Source of the DNA: Paramicrosporidium saccamoebae KSL3
Lineage: Eukaryota > Fungi > Cryptomycota
Length of the DNA stretch: 32,000 nt
Assembly (NCBI GenBank): GCA_002794465.1
Contig: MTSL01000208.1
Coordinates: forward strand, 19,370 to 51,369
Direction: 5' to 3'
Shown here: one piece after another, positions 27,057 through 32,000 of the stretch
How the letters are laid out: each line of letters opens with the position of its first letter
Position numbering within the stretch: the first letter of the stretch is position 1
Program-made: the position numbers and the translations under genes
The notes under the pieces: generated by a model
What the model was told of the DNA's origin: nothing
The model's input: only the letters and a program-made list of their open reading frames with translations
Database searches by the model: none

Positions 27057-28467
27057 ATGATGTTGGTCTTTTTCATGCTTGTCGGCCTGGTTGTCTCGTC
27101 GTCTCTCTCCGAAAAGGACAAACATATCAGAGACATGTGTAATCAAGGTACACAAAGGATATACTACTGGTATTCATTATTCAGCACAGGACGCTATAGA
27201 GGTTCAAGATTTGAAACTAGGTGAAGAGTTTTTGAAGGTCGGCAGGAGCATAAGGGCTTCCTTGGATAAATTTCTAGAGGCCCAGAATGCGGGACCGATT
27301 GAAGCGCTTCTGAACCGTGAGAAATTGAAAACACTGGATGAAAAACTTGATGCGACAGCAGCGCTTTTGCTGGCTGCGCAGCTTGGAGTTGAACCCGTGG
27401 ACCGTTCTGGTCAATACGACAACGGCTTGTTGGATTCTTACGAAAGGAAAATTGAGGAGCATATTATAATGGCGCAAAAAGCCATTGAAGCCCAACACAT
27501 TGCACTGGCAAACGAGATGCTTTTAATTGCGAGAAATGCCAAGAAAGAGTGGGATCTGGAAGTGACACAGAGGGCGTCCAGCTCTAGTGGGGCACTGGTT
27601 AATAGATACCTGATGCCGTCGAATTTATTAGAGCAAAAGCTGAAAGATACATACATTAATCTGAAACGCGAAGAATTCAAGTCTCGGCGCAATGCTCCTC
27701 CAAATGAACAAAACAGCTCTCAAAGAGATGCCCCTCTTTCGGATATGGACTGCGCCTTGCTGGAACACTATAGAAAACAGGTCAATGGCATTACTTTGTC
27801 AGCGCGACAAATGCTTACGGTCAGTAACGATACAAATAGGGAGAAGATACTGGCAATGGTCCGCGATCAAAAATTTAAGCTTGACATGATGACGAATCCT
27901 AAAATGGAAGAGATTGGCGGTCAACTCCTCAAGGTGTATCGCGAGCAGACTATCTCAATGGATTATAAAATTAACGAGGCTCTTGGGATCTCAAATAACC
28001 CGAACAAAGGGGAAGAGCAAAAGGGGACAACCTATAATGAGCGCTTGGACGCGCAGCGATCTCGTTACCCGAGCATGTCGACAGCCAACAGAGTGCATGC
28101 AGCTCTATCTACAGCACAACAGAGACAACGCGCTCCCAAAACTGTCGCTGATGTAATAACTATCCCTGCAACGTTTTGTCGCTTGGAACCATATCAAACA
28201 GATGAATGGCTCGCAGCCATCTACAAGAATTTCAAACACCTGGCCACCAAATACCTTGCCAATGGGTGGGCTGCAATGGTTGCAGTATTGCCAAAGAAAA
28301 ACTGTAGTCTGATTGTAGCAGTCTTTAGAAACGTGGTAGTATGTCTGCAGAACATTCAACAGATTCTGCCAGAATTCTACGGTGAGGCTGTCTCTGCCGA
28401 CATTAACCGTTTAATCGGAAATTATTACTCAAACTTGCAAAGGGTTGCCGAGAAGATGAGGGCTTGA
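27057..28467 (+). CDS. Secreted protein, family B member 2 (~457 aa; intron 27148-27184; alternative ATG 27039)
   Basis: Signal MMLVFFMLVGLVVSSS lies in the frame of ORF 26943. A 37-nt GTACAC...TTCAG phase-1 intron joins it to the frame of ORF 27079. Two copies of the 28-aa helical module; C-terminal TDEWLAAIY domain. Confidence 0.75.
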
Positions 28468-28510
28468 CAATAAAGCAAGAATCTTTGTGTGAGATTTGTG
28501 CAAGTTTGTA

Positions 28511-28598
28511 TTCGTAGTCATGGCACGTTATTCGTCATCATGACACATTCGTAATCATGACACGTTCGTAATCATGACACGTTCGTAATCATGGCCCG
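28511..28598. repeat. 17-bp x5 tandem repeat upstream of the family B gene at 28644
   Basis: TTCGTAATCATGACACG units at 28511, 28531, 28548, 28565 and 28582; palindromic TCATGA core. Confidence 0.92.
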
Positions 28599-28635
28599 CT
28601 ATTGAAGATTGAATTGGGGTCCCAGCATCAACGCG

Positions 28636-28643
28636 CCCTGGTC
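28636..28643 (+). promoter_or_regulatory. CCCTGGTC motif abutting the ATG (other copies at 5163-5170, 10709-10716, 31785-31792 and 31957-31964 on the minus strand)
   Basis: Same 8-mer found five times by eye, all outside the called coding regions; four lie within 55 nt upstream of a same-strand ATG. Confidence 0.4.
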
Positions 28644-29504
28644 ATGAGGCTCGAAGTTGCTATATTGTTCGTACCATTCGCAATATGCTCGGCTGTTCTG
28701 ACGCATTATGAGCAAAGTTTCAGTCAGAGAATCATGGCCAGTACTATCTCTTGCCATTATTGATCAATAGTCAAAAAAGATATTGAAGCGTGGGAAACTG
28801 AGCGGGGATTTGACCATATGCAACGTGCCTACCGTCGGAAAGGAGAACTTGATACAGAATTCTTTGCTGAAGACCCGACAAAGGAGGAGATACAGCGGTG
28901 GGAGCGCCTCTCCGAGTCAGTGTTGAGCGAGCTGAGTGAATTGGCTGTCGTCTTGGGCTATTTCCCGGAAGAGTGTGGGCCAACAGCAGGACAATATCAA
29001 GAGACTGTCATCCCAAGCGAGAGAAGGCATCAGACGACGACCTCCAGGTCAGGTATAGAGAATCGCAAAGAAAGAGCGTCTACTTCAAGAAAAAGGAAGC
29101 CCCGAGAGGATAATAATACCTCGAGAAAGAAGCCGAGGACTGACGCGTACGGCTTCCCCAGCGCCGAGAGTGAGCAGGACGATAGTTTTGACGAGGGTGT
29201 GGATGAATTCATTCCTCCTAACCACAACAATCGGGCTACGAGAATGAACGCTTACAATGTCATCTGTCCAGCGGTGAGGTACACTATAAAAGATTACAAA
29301 ACAGATGATCTCCTACAGAGCATATACTCAACTTATGAACAACTTGCGGAACTTTTTCGAAACGCCAAGACCAAGAATGACATCTGCGGGCCTCATGGAA
29401 TCTATTTCGACCAGCTTTACGGCTATTACACGCAGTATAAGGTTGTCTTATACGATGCATTTCCACTCGTTGCCAAGGATCTCTGGTTGAGTAAGACCAG
29501 GTAA
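28644..29504 (+). CDS. Secreted protein with bipartite NLS, family B member 3 (276 aa; intron 28741-28770)
   Basis: Exon 1 MRLEVAILFVPFAICSAVLTHYEQSFSQRIMA is too short for the ORF track. A 30-nt GTACTA...AATAG phase-1 intron joins it to ORF 28818. RKRKPREDNNTSRKKPR; C-terminal TDDLLQSIY domain. Confidence 0.75.
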
Positions 29505-29726
29505 AGCGGCTAATGGCGTAGTGGTTGGACTGTACTACCAAAAGATTGGATGTGTCATCGACAAATTTTGCAACGCCAAAGCGCAACCAACCGACACTGG
29601 TCCGAGTGGCTCCAAGCCAACTCGTGACAAAAAATAAGGTGTCACAGCCAAAGATAATGCCGTGAAGTTTATAAAGACCCCTCATTAACTTTCCCGGCCT
29701 GTAGATACGATATACTATCTCACAAT

Positions 29727-30359
29727 TTACACCTTTTTCTCAGTCTTTGAAACAAGGAGGGGGCTAGTGTATACTACAACAGACGGAACCATGACAAGTC
29801 CACGATCTTTAGTCCTCAGGAGAACATACCGTGCATCAATGGACTCGACTTCTCCTTCCAGATTCTGTCCTGCTGCGGCACCCAGCACCTTTAAATGTTG
29901 TCCTTTCTGGAATGGCTTGTTGAACACCAACAGTACGCCTGATAAAAAGTTGGTGGCAATCTCCTTGAGGGCAAAGCCGAGTGTGAAACCAGTCACTCCA
30001 ATACCTGCAATAATAGGCTTAGTGTCCACACCCAACGTTCCCAATGCAGTAACTCCCGCAAGTGTGTAGATGGCAATTCCAGCTGATTTGCCGAGGAAGC
30101 GCGCCATATCCACGTCACGGGTAAGTCGGGATCGAAGGATTAAATTCTCAATGGGACGACTGATGGAGAATGAACTTTTGAATCCGCCCGGCTGCACATG
30201 GTCATCCTGCGGCGGAGGGGGGGGAGTAGAAGTAGAGAGTCTGCGGGCCAAATTGCCACCGACAGAGTAGAGAGAACGACGGACCCCAACAGGATGTAGA
30301 AAGCAAGAGGCTAAGCCCTTACCAATACCAATAGACTGTAAAGAGCGACAGTGGATCAT
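29727..30359 (-). CDS. Small-conductance mechanosensitive channel, bacterial-like and C-terminally truncated, with presequence-like N-terminus (210 aa)
   Basis: [50 protein letters not shown]...EGEVESI..RYVLLRT....VMVP matches MscS TM2-TM3 plus the middle beta-domain. The ORF-track start 30416 lies inside BUD31; first ATG outside it is 30359. Confidence 0.88.
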   Translation of the reverse strand: MIHCRSLQSIGIGKGLASCFLHPVGVRRSLYSVGGNLARRLSTSTPPPPPQDDHVQPGGFKSSFSISRPIENLILRSRLTRDVDMARFLGKSAGIAIYTLAGVTALGTLGVDTKPIIAGIGVTGFTLGFALKEIATNFLSGVLLVFNKPFQKGQHLKVLGAAAGQNLEGEVESIDARYVLLRTKDRGLVMVPSVVVYTSPLLVSKTEKKV

Positions 30360-30385
30360 CAACACAGTCCAGCGGCCAGGGGTCA

Positions 30386-30820
30386 ATGCCCAAATTTGGA
30401 CGACGAAAGGCCCCACCGGCCGGATATGAGGACATTGAACCGACTCTTCGAGAGCTCGACAAGAAGCTACGGGACGCAGAGAATGCGTCGCATGAAGGAA
30501 AGCGGATAGTGGAGGCTACCTGGCCCATTTTCCAACTACATCACCAGCGCTCCCGCTACATCTATGAGCTGTACTATGAACGACAGGCCATCAGCAGGGA
30601 ACTCTACGAGTACTGCTTGGAGGAGGGTGTGGCTGACAAAAACTTGATTGCGAAATGGAAGAAACCTGGATATGAGCGACTATGCTGTCTGCGGTGTGTG
30701 CAGCGGGCCGACACTAATTTTGGGACGGCGTGTATTTGCAGGGTGCCGAGATCGAGCCTCCCTGAAGATGCAGCTATTGAATGTGTACATTGTGGGTGTC
30801 GAGGCTGCGGAGGTAAATGA
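30386..30820 (+). CDS. BUD31: Spliceosome protein BUD31/G10 (144 aa)
   Basis: [57 protein letters not shown]. Confidence 0.97.
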   Translation: MPKFGRRKAPPAGYEDIEPTLRELDKKLRDAENASHEGKRIVEATWPIFQLHHQRSRYIYELYYERQAISRELYEYCLEEGVADKNLIAKWKKPGYERLCCLRCVQRADTNFGTACICRVPRSSLPEDAAIECVHCGCRGCGGK

Positions 30821-31027
30821 GCAAAGCTGTAGCTGTTGCGGTTTAAAGTTAATGTATAATATCAAGAACAATTCCATACTTTGCAGTACACGGAATTACA
30901 CATTGTGCAGTTACGTACTTTGCAACTAAACGCCTTGCCCCTCTAAACACTTTGTAACTACGCGCCTTGAAACTGCACATTTATAAATCACTCAATAACG
31001 CAACCCCACTTTGCATTTACTAACCGG

Positions 31028-31729
31028 TTATTTGCGTAGATACTTGGAACGCTGCTTGAACATGTGACGATACATGAACAGGAATCCACATGGGTATACT
31101 CCGAGCAGCCCGAGCAACAGATAGTCGTACATATTGCCCGCCTTGGCAAAGACTTCACGAGCTGCCCATATCATGGACATTTCACCCGCCGTGCCCAGCG
31201 GATACAGGACTATAAAGAGCGAATAGCGAGCCCAAGTGATGAATCGAGGACAGATATTGAACAGATGCAGAAAGTAATAGAGATAACGTGTAAGGTCGGA
31301 AAGCGTCCAGGCTACAGCCAACACCAAATAACCCGGATTTTGAGCCAATCCCAGCAAGTGTCCAGGCACCCAAACCACAAACAGACGTGAGAAGATTTGC
31401 ACTGTGGTGCTGAAAACTGCAGAAGGCACTAACCCCAACATTGCATGGAATATCTCCAGTATAGCTGCAGTCTGCACCCAACACAACAGCGGCAGAGTTG
31501 TTGCGGTTTTGGCGGGATTATAGCCATCCTTCAAGGTGAGACAGAGTCGGTAGGCAAAGTATCCCCAAGCACCAAAGGACGCCAAGTTGTACAGAGCGAG
31601 ATATAATTTCACCACCCATGACTGATTGAGACGGGGACGACGTTCATCGCGATAGCTGGCAGGTGGAGCACGGTCCTCAGTGGAACGGTTGCGCGCACGC
31701 TCTCGTTGTGTCAGTTTAGATTGGTCCAT
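31028..31729 (-). CDS. PHS1: Very-long-chain 3-hydroxyacyl-CoA dehydratase (PHS1/HACD/PTPLA)
   Basis: YLALYN, QTAAILEIFH, QIFSRLFVVW, WARYSLFIVLYPLGTAGE (catalytic Y-x6-E), MYRHMFKQR. Confidence 0.92.
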   Translation of the reverse strand: MDQSKLTQRERARNRSTEDRAPPASYRDERRPRLNQSWVVKLYLALYNLASFGAWGYFAYRLCLTLKDGYNPAKTATTLPLLCWVQTAAILEIFHAMLGLVPSAVFSTTVQIFSRLFVVWVPGHLLGLAQNPGYLVLAVAWTLSDLTRYLYYFLHLFNICPRFITWARYSLFIVLYPLGTAGEMSMIWAAREVFAKAGNMYDYLLLGLLGVYPCGFLFMYRHMFKQRSKYLRK

Positions 31730-31988
31730 CTTTGCAATTAATTATTTTTATTAAGCGCCATCTTTGGGGGGCAGCGTAACTGCGGACCAGGGACCAAGGG
31801 CCTGGACTCTGACCTTTTCTCGCCTACTGAGCAGACAATCACAACTATCTTAAAAGAGATCCACAACTTATTGCGGCCTGTTCTATCATACGAAATAGTA
31901 CTGCCTGACGCGGTGCAAAAAGGCATGTGAATAAACACTCATTGTACTAAAAAACGGACCAGGGACTGGAATAAAGGCTTTACTCCAA

Positions 31989-32000
31989 CCCCCCCCCCCC
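31989..32000. repeat. Poly-C homopolymer (at least 12 nt) running off the window end
   Basis: Directly visible. Confidence 0.9.

Noticed and set aside
30360-30416. ORF-track start of MscS at 30416
   Set aside because: Non-ATG start inside the BUD31 coding sequence.
30880-30980. Degenerate tactttg(c/t)aact...gccttg repeats between BUD31 and PHS1
   Set aside because: Only 2-3 short, poorly matching copies; indistinguishable from local slippage.
31738-31938. 66-aa minus-strand ORF upstream of PHS1
   Set aside because: Non-ATG start, no recognisable motif; more likely promoter/UTR.
31967-31987. GCCTTTAT on the minus strand as U5 snRNA loop I
   Set aside because: Does not match the invariant GCCUUUUAC loop, and the hairpin has a 1-nt loop.

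Overview
Eukaryotic, fungal-like and very compact genomic DNA. The window holds about 25 protein-coding genes, several only 17-40 bp apart, and 13 inferred GT-AG introns of 29-38 nt. This is consistent with a reduced early-diverging fungus or microsporidian relative (Rozellomycota such as Paramicrosporidium; inference only). Housekeeping genes: ubinuclein/HPC2-like (partial), possible Rrn9-like, ITPK1, SMC3, peroxisomal/bacterial-type citrate synthase, ACY1, DBP2, KIAA0930/DUF2045, a homeobox gene, GWT1/PIG-W, UFD2, NUS1-like, a truncated MscS, BUD31 and PHS1. Two unannotated secreted-protein families lie among them. Family A is four (perhaps five) small intronless beta-rich proteins with a ...V[QK]A-x-x-[IL]-x-W...I-x-LTP signature. 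Family B is three genes whose signal peptides appear only after splicing a 30-37 nt phase-1 intron. They share a 28-aa N-terminal helical module and a C-terminal P-x10-TD[ED]xLxxIY...C-x6-F domain, and one carries a bipartite NLS, making them candidate host-nucleus effectors. Also present: a recurrent CCCTGGTC motif upstream of start codons and several intergenic minisatellites. No rRNA, tRNA, CRISPR array or transposase was recognised. All alignments and counts were done by eye.
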